Source of the DNA: an uncultured bacterium
GTDB taxonomy: Bacteria; Patescibacteriota; Minisyncoccia; Phycocordibacterales; Phycocordibacteraceae
Reading direction: 5' to 3'
DNA: 64,000 bases
Assembly: GCA_963851445.1 (NCBI GenBank)
Contig: CAWKPH010000001.1
Span: 553,363-617,362, forward strand
Under the pieces are notes generated by a model. That model was given only the letters and a program-made list of their open reading frames with translations. It did not search any database and was not told the origin of the DNA. How positions within the stretch are numbered: position 1 is the stretch's first letter; each line of letters begins with the position of its first letter. The position numbers and the translations under genes were made by a program. Positions 1 through 10,862 of this stretch are shown piece by piece.

Positions 1-1535
1 TTGATTTCAAAGGTGCATTGAAGATGCTTGCTGAGAAAGCAGGAGTCGAGATTGTATATGAGAAAGGCGGGGAAAATCGAGACCGCTCAGAGCGATTACG
101 TGAGGCGATGTCGCAAGCGGTGGCTTTTTTTTCCGCTCAGCTTGCCGAGGGCACTGCAGCATATGAATATGCGAAAAAACGCGGATTAAGTCCAGAAACT
201 ATTGCTGCATGGGAGCTCGGATTCAGTCCCGATGCGTGGCGCGCTTTGCTGGAGCATCTTTCGGGTCTCGGTTTCACTCAGGCAGAACTTCTTGCAGCAG
301 GACTAATTAAGGAAGCAGATGGGAGGCCGGGAACTTTTTATGATCGCTTTCGTAATCGTCTCATGTTTCCAATTCGTGACACGGCCGGGCGAACTGTTGC
401 ATTCACAGGTCGAACAATGAAGGACGATGAGCAAGCAAAATATCTGAATAGCCCTGAGACTGATCTTTTTAAAAAATCGGAAGTACTCTTTGGGATGGAT
501 CGTGCAAAGGATGCAATACGGACTCGTGGGTTTCTAATTCTCGTAGAAGGGCAGTTCGACCTTATCTTGCTCCATCAAATCGGTTTTACAAACACAGTTG
601 CTCTCTCAGGCACCGCACTTTCCCCACAGCATCTTTCGCTCATAAAACGTTATGCCGACAACCTGATGCTGTGTCTTGACGCAGATCGCGCTGGTCTTGC
701 GGCGAGCGCGAAAAACGCCCATGCAGCGCTTGCCGCAGGCATGCGCGTAAAGGCTGTACGACTTCCCGAAGGAAAAGATCCGGCTGATCTTGCACTTGAA
801 GATCCTAAAGATTTTGTGAGACGAATAAGTGAAGCGCAGCCCATCATAAGATTCTTTCTCTCAGTTCTCATTAAATCTGAGCCAGATCAAAATAAAGCTT
901 TTGCGGCGGCTGAGAGTATTGTGTTACCACTAATTTCTTCAATCCCAAGTTCTATAGAGCGGGAACGCTTTATAGAAGATACGTCACGAATGCTTGGAAT
1001 GCCGCCTGACGCGATTAGAGTTTCACTGCCACACTCGTTGACCCAGTCCTCCGGTTACTCTAATCGCCTCCCAAATTACAACCATAATTCAGCCAGGAGC
1101 CCTGTTGGCCCTGAATTTCCAGGTCAGCCAGGACGCACTGGTAGGGTTAATTCGGACGAATTATCTAACGAGGGAGTGCCGTCGATGCCCCAAAAGTATG
1201 CGGTCCGCATCCGTGCCATTAGAGCCAATTATCCGGGAACCGACCTTGCACAAAAATTGAAAAACGAGTACGCTCGTATTATTGGCGCAGAGGACTCCGA
1301 GGAGCCTCTCGATGAACGCGCCCTGTTTGAGGCTGGACTCGCCTACGGGGAGTCGCCTTCCGAATCTGATGCAGATGAGCTCGTGCGCGCATTCGAGCAC
1401 GCTGTTCTGTCCGAAAAACTGAAGAAGACGACCGAAGAACTCCGCCGTGCCGAAGCGACCGAGGATATGTCGGTCATATCCACTCTCATTGCCACGTGCA
1501 GAGAGATTTCAATCCAACTCGCGAAACTATCCTAA
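1..1535 (+). CDS. dnaG: DNA primase (5'-truncated by window edge)
   Basis: YDRFRNRLMFPI, KYLNSPET, TOPRIM EGQFD / LDADRAG / KDPAD motifs; directly upstream of rpoD; zinc-finger N-terminus lies outside the window. Confidence 0.97.
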   Translation, partial: DFKGALKMLAEKAGVEIVYEKGGENRDRSERLREAMSQAVAFFSAQLAEGTAAYEYAKKRGLSPETIAAWELGFSPDAWRALLEHLSGLGFTQAELLAAGLIKEADGRPGTFYDRFRNRLMFPIRDTAGRTVAFTGRTMKDDEQAKYLNSPETDLFKKSEVLFGMDRAKDAIRTRGFLILVEGQFDLILLHQIGFTNTVALSGTALSPQHLSLIKRYADNLMLCLDADRAGLAASAKNAHAALAAGMRVKAVRLPEGKDPADLALEDPKDFVRRISEAQPIIRFFLSVLIKSEPDQNKAFAAAESIVLPLISSIPSSIERERFIEDTSRMLGMPPDAIRVSLPHSLTQSSGYSNRLPNYNHNSARSPVGPEFPGQPGRTGRVNSDELSNEGVPSMPQKYAVRIRAIRANYPGTDLAQKLKNEYARIIGAEDSEEPLDERALFEAGLAYGESPSESDADELVRAFEHAVLSEKLKKTTEELRRAEATEDMSVISTLIATCREISIQLAKLS

Positions 1536-1614
1536 ATCCAGTTGTTTGCATTTCCAAATCACATCGTCTCAATAGAATTTTCATTACAATTATTAATTTC
1601 TAAATACTTTTTCT

Positions 1615-2952
1615 ATGCCTATCACTAAAAAGAAAGCTCTCAAGAAGAAAGCACCCTCAAGTAAGAAGAAGTTCACAAAGAAAACACCAAAAAAGACTCC
1701 TAAGAAAGCTCTACGCAAAGGTGGGCCCAAAAAGCAATCTAAGAGCAAAGGAAGGAAAGTGTCGAAAAAGTCAGTAAAAAAGACAAGCTCGAAAACAAAA
1801 ACGGTAAACAAGACTGCTTTTAATCGATCAAAAGTCACAGCAGTTGTACGTAGTGCTGCAAAAGGTGCTAAGGCAAAAGCAATGAGTGAGCGTGATCAGA
1901 AAGCTGAACACCTCATAAAGAAAGGTCGTGAGCGTGGATACATAACGTACAGCGAGATTTTGAAAGAATTTCCGCACATTGAGAATGATGTGTCATTCCT
2001 CGATGACTTATATGAGCGGTTCACCATCACAGGCATTGACATACTCGAAGGCGGCATGCTTGAAGACAATGCTGACGAATACCTCGCAAGTCGCAATATT
2101 AAGGGCCGCGAGTCTGCTGGCTACGACTCTATTCAGATTTATCTGCGTGAAATTGGTCAGTACCCGCTTCTCACTGCTGCTGAAGAGCGTAACCTCGCCC
2201 AGCGTATCGAGTCGGGTGACGACGAAGCGCGTGGACTACTTATGCGCGCGAACCTTCGCCTCGTTGTCTCTATCGCCAAGAAGTATGTTGGGCGCTCGCC
2301 CGATCTTACACTTCTCGACCTCATTCAAGAGGGGAATTTAGGTCTTCATAAGGCTGTCGACAAATTCGACTGGAAAAAGGGATATAAATTCTCAACCTAC
2401 GCAACATGGTGGATTCGCCAGGCGATTACTCGTGCGCTCGCTGATCAGTCTCGAACGATCCGTATCCCAGTTCATATGGTGGAAACCATAGCAAAATACA
2501 AGCAAGTATCGCGTCGACTTGCACAAGCGCTCGGACGAGATGCTCAGCCCGAGGAGATCGCTGTAGAAATGGGAGTTGAAGTCGACAAGATTTATCAAAT
2601 CGAGAAAATTAATCAAGATACGCTTTCGCTTGAGAACCCCATCGGTTCTGAAGAGGACGATGGGCGCTCAACGCTGGGCGATTTTATTGCTGACGACAAG
2701 ATTCCATCGCCCGTGCAAGAATCTTCAGAGCGCATTCTAACTGAACAAGTCCGTGACATACTTGACGACCTCTCACCTAAGGAACGCAAAATTCTCGAGA
2801 TGCGCCACGGCCTCCTTGATGGTATTTACCACACGCTTGAAGAAGTGGGCAAGGAATTCGGCGTCACTCGCGAACGTATTCGTCAAATCGAAGCTAAAGC
2901 TCTGGAAAAAATCAGAACACACGAGAAGTCTCGTAGGCTCAAAAGTTACTAA
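1615..2952 (+). CDS. rpoD: RNA polymerase primary sigma factor with Lys-rich N-terminal extension
   Basis: Region 1.2 [11 protein letters not shown], region 2 [13 protein letters not shown] / [10 protein letters not shown] / [16 protein letters not shown], region 4 [20 protein letters not shown]. Confidence 0.98.
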   Translation: MPITKKKALKKKAPSSKKKFTKKTPKKTPKKALRKGGPKKQSKSKGRKVSKKSVKKTSSKTKTVNKTAFNRSKVTAVVRSAAKGAKAKAMSERDQKAEHLIKKGRERGYITYSEILKEFPHIENDVSFLDDLYERFTITGIDILEGGMLEDNADEYLASRNIKGRESAGYDSIQIYLREIGQYPLLTAAEERNLAQRIESGDDEARGLLMRANLRLVVSIAKKYVGRSPDLTLLDLIQEGNLGLHKAVDKFDWKKGYKFSTYATWWIRQAITRALADQSRTIRIPVHMVETIAKYKQVSRRLAQALGRDAQPEEIAVEMGVEVDKIYQIEKINQDTLSLENPIGSEEDDGRSTLGDFIADDKIPSPVQESSERILTEQVRDILDDLSPKERKILEMRHGLLDGIYHTLEEVGKEFGVTRERIRQIEAKALEKIRTHEKSRRLKSY

Positions 2953-3016
2953 TTAAGAGAAGGAGAGACAAAGGACATAAGGATACTTCCAGAAGTGTTT
3001 GCGATAAACTATATAA

Positions 3017-6000
3017 ATGCCAAATACTCCCGAATTTGACTCCGCATACAAGGCTCTAAATGTGGAGCAGCGTATTGCGGTCGACGCAATCGACGGGCCA
3101 GTATTTGTTATTGCAGGGCCGGGAACTGGCAAGACGCAGGTTTTAACACTCCGAATCGCGCAGATACTGTTGAAAACCGATACGTCACCAGAGAATATTC
3201 TTGCGCTCACGTTCACAGAGAGTGGCGTCGCAGAGATGAAAGAGCGTCTTACGAAACTCATCGGCAGTCGAGCCTCGAAGGTCCGTTTCCATACTTTCCA
3301 CAGCTTTGCGGAATCTCTCGTAAACCGCTATCCAGATTATTTTCCACGCATTATCGGTGCCCAGGTGGCAACAGATGCTGAGCGCGCGGAGATCCTTGAT
3401 GCGGCGCTTCTTACAGCAGATGTAGAATATCTCCGACCATACGGCGATACTCTCTACTACCACGCAATTGCGAAGAGTGCGATACAAACGCTGAAGCGAG
3501 AAAACGTCACCCCCGAAATCCTTGAAGAAAAAATAGCTGCTTCTGAAAAAGAATTTGAAAAAATTCCAAATAAACGTCATGCGAAAGGAAAATACGAAGG
3601 GAAACTAAAGGGTGAATTTGAAGGATTGCAGAAAAAAATCGCGAAGACACGTGACCTCCTCGCCGTATACAAACTGTATGAGAAGGGACTTGCCGATATA
3701 CACCGATATGATTACGACGACCTGATCCTCGAATCGGTTCGCGCGCTGACTGAGGACGAGGGATTCCGGCGCGAAGTACAGGAAGGATTCTTCTACATCC
3801 TCGCCGATGAGCATCAGGATGCGAATCGAGCGCAGAACGCCATACTTGAGCTTCTCGTAGAATATAGTGATCGTCCGAATTTGTTCATTGTTGGTGACGA
3901 AAAGCAGGCCATTTATCGCTTTCAGGGAGCAGATCTCGACAACGTACAGTATTTTCGGGGACGGTTCGAAGGCACCCGGGTAATCGTACTCAAAGAGAAT
4001 TATCGCTCGACGCAGAATATCTTAGACAACGCACTCGCCCTGATTACGGCCTCCCCAGATGAACGGCTCTCAAGACTGCCTCTTTCCTCGCAAAGGAAAG
4101 AGCAAACTCCACCCATTACCATTGCAAGTTTTAGTACACCAAATGAAGAGGTTGCATACATTGCCGAAAGGATTGAAAAATTACACAAAAAAAGGGAACC
4201 TGATAACGGCGTGTCTTATGAGAACATTGCCATTCTCGTGCGCCGCAATCGTGATGTTCTCTGGTTTGGTGAGCAATTGTCACGCCGAAATATTCCTGTC
4301 TCAGTTGGAGGGGAGGATGCTCTCAATAACCGATTTGTGCGTTCGCTCGTCAGGTTTCTCGAACTTATTAACGAGCCACGTGATGAGCGCCTCGCGGGCG
4401 TATTGTCGCTGCCAGGATTCGATATTTCTGCTGCAGATTCCTGGCGGATTATTCAAAAGGCTCGGAGTGAGAAGATTCCAGTACTCGAGGTGTTGGCGTC
4501 CGAGGGACTTCTCGCTGAGATAAAAGTTGTGGATAAGAAAGCGGTCCGGACGCTTTTTGCAGTTATCACTCACCTCGCTAAGCAAGCCTCCATAGAGCGT
4601 CCTGCTGTTGTCGCGGAGCTTGCTCTAGGCGCCTCTGGGCTCTTGGGAGAGGTTCTTAATGCGACAGACAGAGTCGAGTCTCTCGCTGCTGTACGAGCCT
4701 TTTTAACACTCCTAGAAGAGCTCTCCGAGCGTGAGCATGATGCTCTTTTGCCGCGTGCACTAGAATTAGCGACACTATATGAAGAACGGAATCTCTCCCT
4801 TCCATCTGCTTCACATGAGGTATCTGGTTACGTAAAACTTATGACTGTTCACAAAGCCAAGGGACGAGAGTTTAACTACGTATTCATGCCACATCTCTCC
4901 GAGCAAGTGTGGTCTACACGTGCACATGTGGAGCATTTCCATGTGCCGGATGTGTTGAGTGGGGCAAACGAACTCGAAGATGAGCGCAGACTTTTATACG
5001 TTGGTCTCACTCGAGCAAAAGAACATGCAACTCTTTCCTATGCAAGCACTCGCAATGATGGAAGACTCGTAGAACCCATGCCGCTCCTGGAAGACCTCGA
5101 TCCAAAACTCGTTGAGAAGGTTGTTTATATAAATCAAGAAGTCGATCCGCTCTTGCTACCAAAAAAAGTAGATCACATGAATAGCAAATTAAACAAAATA
5201 GAAAAGAAAAACGATTCGCTAGAACGGTCCAAAGAAAATTTGCCGACGAAAGACGATCTTGCAACACTCCGTGAAGCATTCAACACCCAAGGACTTTCTC
5301 CGACCGCACTCAATAACTATCTTCAATGCCCTTGGAAATATTTCTATGTAAGCTTACTGCGACTTCCAGAAGTGGAGAACAAATACATGCTCTACGGAAC
5401 CGCTATTCATGAGGCCCTTAAGGCATATGCTGATCGTCGCGCTCGCGGTGAAGAAATGGGAGCTGCGTATCTAATTACGACTTTCTCACGCAAACTCTCA
5501 CGTTCACCACTTGCAACCAAAGACATTAAAGAACTCGAAATTAAGGGCGAAAAGGCATTGAATATATGGTGGAAGGAACGCTCATTCACGTGGCCAGAAA
5601 AAGTTGAAGCTGAATTGGCAATTGAAGTCATGTTACTGATTGGAAAGGAAGAATTAAAGTTGCGGGGGAATCTTGATCGCGTTGACACGCTTCCAGGAGG
5701 TCTAGTTCGCGTCATCGACTATAAAACGGGCAAGATACGAAGCCGCAACGAACTTATGGGTAAGACGGTAAGTAGCGATGGAAATTATTACCGGCAGTTG
5801 CAATTCTATAAGCTACTCTTGGCTCGTGCGGCACGACCACGCATAATGCATGATGCTGTAATCGAATTTGTTGAGCCGGACGACTCTGGTCATATTCGCT
5901 CCGAGACATTTGATATTAGTGATGGGGAAGTGAAGGAACTCGAATTGCTCATTGCGAAATCAGTTTCAGAAATCCTCTCGCTCGCATTCTGGAATACGCC

Positions 6001-6061
6001 ATGTGGAGAGAAGAACTGTATTTGGTGCGAGTACCGCTTTGGCCTCGCAAAGCTGGTTTAA
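3017..6061 (+). CDS. UvrD/PcrA-family ATP-dependent DNA helicase with C-terminal PD-(D/E)XK nuclease domain (AdnAB/AddAB-like)
   Basis: AGPGTGKT, DEHQD, VGDEKQAIYRFQGA, NYRS, TVHKAKGREF, ERRLLYVGLTRA; C-terminal SPTALNNYLQCP...DRVD...IDYKTG...CxxxxCxxC. Confidence 0.92.
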   Translation: MPNTPEFDSAYKALNVEQRIAVDAIDGPVFVIAGPGTGKTQVLTLRIAQILLKTDTSPENILALTFTESGVAEMKERLTKLIGSRASKVRFHTFHSFAESLVNRYPDYFPRIIGAQVATDAERAEILDAALLTADVEYLRPYGDTLYYHAIAKSAIQTLKRENVTPEILEEKIAASEKEFEKIPNKRHAKGKYEGKLKGEFEGLQKKIAKTRDLLAVYKLYEKGLADIHRYDYDDLILESVRALTEDEGFRREVQEGFFYILADEHQDANRAQNAILELLVEYSDRPNLFIVGDEKQAIYRFQGADLDNVQYFRGRFEGTRVIVLKENYRSTQNILDNALALITASPDERLSRLPLSSQRKEQTPPITIASFSTPNEEVAYIAERIEKLHKKREPDNGVSYENIAILVRRNRDVLWFGEQLSRRNIPVSVGGEDALNNRFVRSLVRFLELINEPRDERLAGVLSLPGFDISAADSWRIIQKARSEKIPVLEVLASEGLLAEIKVVDKKAVRTLFAVITHLAKQASIERPAVVAELALGASGLLGEVLNATDRVESLAAVRAFLTLLEELSEREHDALLPRALELATLYEERNLSLPSASHEVSGYVKLMTVHKAKGREFNYVFMPHLSEQVWSTRAHVEHFHVPDVLSGANELEDERRLLYVGLTRAKEHATLSYASTRNDGRLVEPMPLLEDLDPKLVEKVVYINQEVDPLLLPKKVDHMNSKLNKIEKKNDSLERSKENLPTKDDLATLREAFNTQGLSPTALNNYLQCPWKYFYVSLLRLPEVENKYMLYGTAIHEALKAYADRRARGEEMGAAYLITTFSRKLSRSPLATKDIKELEIKGEKALNIWWKERSFTWPEKVEAELAIEVMLLIGKEELKLRGNLDRVDTLPGGLVRVIDYKTGKIRSRNELMGKTVSSDGNYYRQLQFYKLLLARAARPRIMHDAVIEFVEPDDSGHIRSETFDISDGEVKELELLIAKSVSEILSLAFWNTPCGEKNCIWCEYRFGLAKLV

Positions 6062-6085
6062 TTCATTTGGACACAATTAACTCCT

Positions 6086-6805
6086 CTAGGTTCCCGAATT
6101 GCCCGACGTATCGAGCACCTTCGCGATTGATTGATCCAGGACTTCTTTCATTGTGTCGTAGGGAACTGAACCAGAAATAACAATAGGTTTCTGGTCTCTC
6201 ACTTCGAGAATATTGTACGGCGAACCTGTTGCGCCCACCGCAACAGCGTTATTGTAATCTTCGGCAACCACTTTTTGATATGTATGTGCACTAAGACAAC
6301 TATTGAATGATCCTGTCGAAATGCCAAGACCTGAAACGATCGTATCGTAACCACTTGGATCGAAAATATTGTCACCCGGAGCGGCTGCTTGTATTGCGTC
6401 AATAAACTTGAAGAAGTCGGGCGTACCACCAAGCGCAGCAACACACTCTGCGGCTTCAGCATGTTCGCCGTCGTTTGGATCAGCACCACTTAGTGGGAAA
6501 TGTCGGTAAACCCATGCCACATTTCCGCTCGGACCGTAGTTTGCCATGACTTCCTCCATCACTTGCTGAAAATCTTTAGAATAGGAAGAATCGATGTCTG
6601 CATATTCGATGATAACAATGGGCGCTGCAGGATTTCCATATACATGATCGGACAGCGAGACAGGATTGGCAGCTTCAGGGTCACCAACTGTTGGCAGTGG
6701 AGCATGATGTCGGGTTATATAAATCGCACCCGCAAGAATGATGCCCGCCAGTACGATTGCGCCAGGAAGGAACCACTCATTCTGACTAGAGACTTTTGAA
6801 TGCAT
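6086..6805 (-). CDS. Membrane-anchored DsbA/thioredoxin-fold protein lacking the CXXC active site
   Basis: N-terminal TM, DHVYGNPAAPIVIIEYAD, WVYRHFPL, AEAAECV, GATGSP; SSYS occupies the usual CPxC position. Confidence 0.85.
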   Translation of the reverse strand: MHSKVSSQNEWFLPGAIVLAGIILAGAIYITRHHAPLPTVGDPEAANPVSLSDHVYGNPAAPIVIIEYADIDSSYSKDFQQVMEEVMANYGPSGNVAWVYRHFPLSGADPNDGEHAEAAECVAALGGTPDFFKFIDAIQAAAPGDNIFDPSGYDTIVSGLGISTGSFNSCLSAHTYQKVVAEDYNNAVAVGATGSPYNILEVRDQKPIVISGSVPYDTMKEVLDQSIAKVLDTSGNSGT

Positions 6806-6858
6806 GTACGAAAATCATAACATGATGCACATGCACTGCGGATAAAACAACATGTTCA

Positions 6859-7437
6859 TCAAAAAGGCAATGTATGAGTGAGTGATGGTGGAGTTGCAGG
6901 TTCAAGCCACGTCTTTATATCGAGTCGTATGTCATGAATATCACGAAGGTCTTTGAATTTGAGAATACCTTTCTTAAGTGCGTAGTCGAAAAGCTCGCGC
7001 GTGATGCGAACATCCTCGATGCAGTATTCTCGAACCTTGTCTTCGAGTCCCTGTGCCCACCACTCAACAGCCTTGAGTCCATCTCCGCTCTTAGCGCGTC
7101 CAAGTGTTGCTTCAGCAAGCGATTGAAGTCTAATCCGACGCCCAAGTACTTTCTGAACTTCAACCATGAGATCAAGTGATTTAATTGCTGCAAGATTCCC
7201 TGGGTAATAACGGTTGAGTATGGGAATATCGAACATGTCCGAATTGAAACCTACAAGCATTTCAGCGTGTTCTATGATTGACCATAACACTGGAAACTCT
7301 TCCTTCGTATATGAGCTATATTCGTTTGTCTCCGAATCATGAATTGCGACAACTGAGATATCAAGGCGCGAGAGATCTGATCGTGATAGTGCAGGCAATA
7401 TGTTTGAAGTCTCGATATCAAAAGTGATGACACGCAT
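6859..7437 (-). CDS. RNase H-like / DEDD-type exonuclease domain protein (YprB-like)
   Basis: TFDIET, VGFNSDMFDIP, EYCIEDVRIT. Confidence 0.8.
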   Translation of the reverse strand: MRVITFDIETSNILPALSRSDLSRLDISVVAIHDSETNEYSSYTKEEFPVLWSIIEHAEMLVGFNSDMFDIPILNRYYPGNLAAIKSLDLMVEVQKVLGRRIRLQSLAEATLGRAKSGDGLKAVEWWAQGLEDKVREYCIEDVRITRELFDYALKKGILKFKDLRDIHDIRLDIKTWLEPATPPSLTHTLPF

Positions 7438-7446
7438 ATATAAAAG

Positions 7447-8712
7447 CTACTTAAAATATTCGGCAACTTTTGTCCGAGATATCTCCTTTTCATCTCCACT
7501 TTCGAGTATCTTAATGCGGATCATACTTGATGCATCGGCTGCTTCTTGTTCTCCATAAGCAATGAAGAAGGGTATGCTCCGGCGCGATGCATCACGGATT
7601 TGATCTCCAAGGGCTTTATTCGTTGAATTCACAATTGTGCGAATTCCAGCTTTTCGGAGCTCTTGTGCAAATTCTTGAGCATGAAACAAATCGTTTTCTG
7701 AAGGCGTTCCAATGTATACTTCGGGCGACGATGTGGCTTTTGGTAAAATGTTATGCGTCTTAAGAAAGTCGAGCAGCGTTACATCACCAATTGCGAAACC
7801 AATGCAAGGAAGAGGTTCACCCCCAAAAAGTGAAATAAGATCGTCATATCGACCACCCCCACCAATTGCTCGAGGATTCTCAATACTTGTGTCATATATC
7901 TCGAAAACAACTCCAGTATAATAGTCGAAGCCACGCACAATTTCAGGATCAAAGACAGCATTCGTCACTCCACGTTCATGAAGTAGCTTGATGAGTCGAG
8001 TCAATTTCTCTTTTTCCTCCGAGACTCTCCGATCTTCGCCCGACTCGATTGCTTTCAAAGGATCTGATTTTCCAGGGCCGAGCGCAGTTTCGAATTCTTC
8101 TAAGTCCATTTTGCTCTTCTTATCGAGAAGTCGACTGTAGATTCGAACTGCTTCTTCAGTGGCAAAGCCAGTTGCTATACACGCTGCGGAAAGCAATGTG
8201 CGTGAGCTTATGCGAATAACAAAATCCTTTTCCGTCGCACCGAGAGCTTTTAGAATTTCATATGCCAATACTATAATCTCGCAATCAGCTTTTGTATCTG
8301 CAGTTCCCGCCAAGTCGACATTTAACTGATAGTGCTCACGCAAGCGGCCACGCTGAGGACGCTCGTATCTAAAAACATTCGGGATCGAATACCAACGAAG
8401 CGGCAGTGGAATCTCTCGGCGTTTAGCAGCAACCATGCGCGCAAATGTTGGAGTCATCTCGGGGCGCAGCGTCACGCGCCTCTCGCCGCGATCGAGAAAT
8501 GTATATGTCTGCTCGGTTACGATCTCTTCAGAGGTCTTAGATTCGAAGAGTTCAGCGCGCTCAAGAGGAGACGCATTATACTCCTCATAGCCCCACAATC
8601 CGAGCGTTTTGCGGATGACCTGAAAAACGGCACCAAAAGTGCTCCAATCTTCAGGATAGAAATCGCGTACGCCCTTATATGGTTCTGTTCCGATCTGGTC
8701 GCCCTTATTCAT
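7447..8712 (-). CDS. hisS: Histidine--tRNA ligase
   Basis: KGVRDFYP, LRPEMTP, FRYERPQRGRLREHYQ, VRGFDYYTG, GGGRYD. Confidence 0.97.
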   Translation of the reverse strand: MNKGDQIGTEPYKGVRDFYPEDWSTFGAVFQVIRKTLGLWGYEEYNASPLERAELFESKTSEEIVTEQTYTFLDRGERRVTLRPEMTPTFARMVAAKRREIPLPLRWYSIPNVFRYERPQRGRLREHYQLNVDLAGTADTKADCEIIVLAYEILKALGATEKDFVIRISSRTLLSAACIATGFATEEAVRIYSRLLDKKSKMDLEEFETALGPGKSDPLKAIESGEDRRVSEEKEKLTRLIKLLHERGVTNAVFDPEIVRGFDYYTGVVFEIYDTSIENPRAIGGGGRYDDLISLFGGEPLPCIGFAIGDVTLLDFLKTHNILPKATSSPEVYIGTPSENDLFHAQEFAQELRKAGIRTIVNSTNKALGDQIRDASRRSIPFFIAYGEQEAADASSMIRIKILESGDEKEISRTKVAEYFK

Positions 8713-8808
8713 TCTTCTAGTGTACCAGAGATACTACGAGCTCAAAAAGAACCCGTTCTCTGTTAGCTCAGCTCTTGAAATTTTCTCGCAGAATATGAAG
8801 TTCACTAA

Positions 8809-9372
8809 TCAAACGCCGCTTGCAGAAGGCTGACCGTTACTATTAAGAGCCGCGACTTCACGCATGATAAGATCGCGTATCTCTTGCGGACGTGAGATGT
8901 CATACATGCCGAATTGCTCGCTTCGTCCTGCGGTCTCGACATCAAGTGAACCAAAACTAAAAAGAGTCGGTATGAATCCCTCTACGTCAGTGGTCACGTC
9001 CTGAACGCGGTTCAGGAGGAAACTCGAGACCTTACGGCTAAAAAACCCGTATTGATGAATCTCAACGATACGAGTCGTCGTTATAATCCACACGGTAAGG
9101 TAATAACAGAGGAAGGCGCTGTACGCGCCCATCCACAACAGGAGCCACCAAAGCGCAAGACCAAAGCGGATATAGGAACTGGCTTCCGCAATATCCTTTG
9201 TAAGTGAGGTTCCTATTGTAGGGATGTTGTCTATAAGAGGAAGTAAAAACAGGAGGACGATCGGTAACAGGGCGAACATAATTGTCAGGAATATGTGGCC
9301 AAAGAAAATGATCCAGTGCTTGCGTACAAGGAGGGTAATCTTTTCTCCCGGTTCAAGTTCGAATTCCTCCAT
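8809..9372 (-). CDS. Membrane protein with bacterial PH (bPH_2-like) domain
   Basis: RKHW, two TM segments, WIITTTRIV...VQDVT...FGSLDVETAG. Confidence 0.75.
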   Translation of the reverse strand: MEEFELEPGEKITLLVRKHWIIFFGHIFLTIMFALLPIVLLFLLPLIDNIPTIGTSLTKDIAEASSYIRFGLALWWLLLWMGAYSAFLCYYLTVWIITTTRIVEIHQYGFFSRKVSSFLLNRVQDVTTDVEGFIPTLFSFGSLDVETAGRSEQFGMYDISRPQEIRDLIMREVAALNSNGQPSASGV

Positions 9373-9386
9373 ATACTATATTAATA

Positions 9387-9671
9387 TTATGCAAAAGAAC
9401 TGAGTGCGAGCAGAAATAATCCTGCTGAAACGAATAAATGAAGGGTGAGTGAGGGTATGGCAACCCGTGAAGTATGGCCATACTTGAACCAATGATAGAC
9501 GAAGACAAAAGTGAATATGACCCAGACGAGGAAAATGAGTATTAATACAATGGTGAGCACAGATGCGGGTTGAAGACCCGAGGTAAAAGACTGTGCTGGG
9601 AAAGGAACTTCTTGGACGGGAGATAAAGGACTTCTAGTTACCCCCGTTGAGAGAGAAAGTAGTGAACTCAT
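9387..9671 (-). CDS. Small hypothetical membrane protein
   Basis: 94-aa ORF, 2 TM segments, YHWFKYG; start overlaps the prmC stop. Confidence 0.65.
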   Translation of the reverse strand: MSSLLSLSTGVTRSPLSPVQEVPFPAQSFTSGLQPASVLTIVLILIFLVWVIFTFVFVYHWFKYGHTSRVAIPSLTLHLFVSAGLFLLALSSFA

Positions 9672-10471
9672 CAGTCGAATTGTCCCACGATAAGCCTCCG
9701 GCGACCATAGAGGTCTTCGTGGATAGCGACGTCTTTGGCTCCACGAGCTTCAATGAGTTTCGCCGCTTCGCCTATATTACTCACATCACACTCCACCCAC
9801 AGTTCTCCATGGGAACCAAGGAAGTTATGCGCCTCCATCACGATGCGTTTGATAATCTCGAGTCCATCGCTTCCCGCAAAAAGTGCTTCATGTTGCTCGT
9901 ATGCAGATATACTTTCGGGGAGTTTACGGCCTACAGGGATATATGGAGGGTTGCAAACAATAATATTAAATCTAGTATTTGAAATATCTTCAGTATTTTG
10001 TTCGGTGAGGAAATGATTTTCTATAAACGATTCAAACAGGTCGCTCTGACGGATATCAGCTCGACTTTCGTCTAACGCATTAACACGAAGATTGGTCCAA
10101 ATTTGCTGAATGTGTTCTGCAAAAAGTTCGCCAAATGATACTTGCGCATTTGGAAGCTTTGCGAGCACCGAAAGTCCAATCGCTCCTGATCCCGCGCAAA
10201 GATCAAGGAGTCTGAATGAATTTTCACCAAAACGTTCCCGGAGATGAGTAATGAGCATGTCGGTCCACCATTCGGTTTCAGGACGTGGAATGAGGGGTTT
10301 GGAATCGAGCCCAATCTTAAGCCCAAGAAAGGGGATCCATCCGATTACGTAGGCGAGCGGCTCGCCTTTGGCAAGTCGCTCCAAATCTTTTGACAAGTCA
10401 GTTTCAAAATTGCCACTGTATTTTTCACGCAGCAAAAGCTCGGTATTTTGAGTCTTAGAGGGTATTGACAT
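9671..10471 (-). CDS. prmC: Release factor glutamine methyltransferase (HemK/PrmC)
   Basis: GEPLAYVIG, LIPRPETE, LDLCAGSG, CNPPYIP, GSDGL. Confidence 0.93.
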   Translation of the reverse strand: MSIPSKTQNTELLLREKYSGNFETDLSKDLERLAKGEPLAYVIGWIPFLGLKIGLDSKPLIPRPETEWWTDMLITHLRERFGENSFRLLDLCAGSGAIGLSVLAKLPNAQVSFGELFAEHIQQIWTNLRVNALDESRADIRQSDLFESFIENHFLTEQNTEDISNTRFNIIVCNPPYIPVGRKLPESISAYEQHEALFAGSDGLEIIKRIVMEAHNFLGSHGELWVECDVSNIGEAAKLIEARGAKDVAIHEDLYGRRRLIVGQFD

Positions 10472-10498
10472 ATATCTATATATGTGTATAATATTGGC

Positions 10499-10846
10499 AT
10501 GAATACGCCTACATCAAATACTACCCTAAAGCAGCAACTTGAGCCGCATGTCGTTCGCGACCGCCTTGCTAAGGACATTCGTCGCATCCTCTCAGATTCA
10601 CTTCATCATTTTGATGAAGTTGATCAGGAAATCGAAGATAAATCATTCGACGTCGACGGAGTCGTATCAGGTCGTCCATCACGTGAGCAGCATGCAAGCG
10701 TTCGACGTAGTCTCCCTCAAGCAAACGTACGCCCATACACCAGTGGCCAACAAGCCCCAGTGAACGCGTACACTCTCACAGTCCCTTCACGCGGTAATTT
10801 TATTCCGAGCACCCACTTCTCGAATCCTCGTCCTCAGTCCGCATAA
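10499..10846 (+). CDS. Hypothetical protein
   Basis: ORF preceded by TGTGTATAAT extended -10 and followed by a bidirectional terminator. Confidence 0.55.
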   Translation: MNTPTSNTTLKQQLEPHVVRDRLAKDIRRILSDSLHHFDEVDQEIEDKSFDVDGVVSGRPSREQHASVRRSLPQANVRPYTSGQQAPVNAYTLTVPSRGNFIPSTHFSNPRPQSA

Positions 10847-10862
10847 GGAGATCGACCATAAA

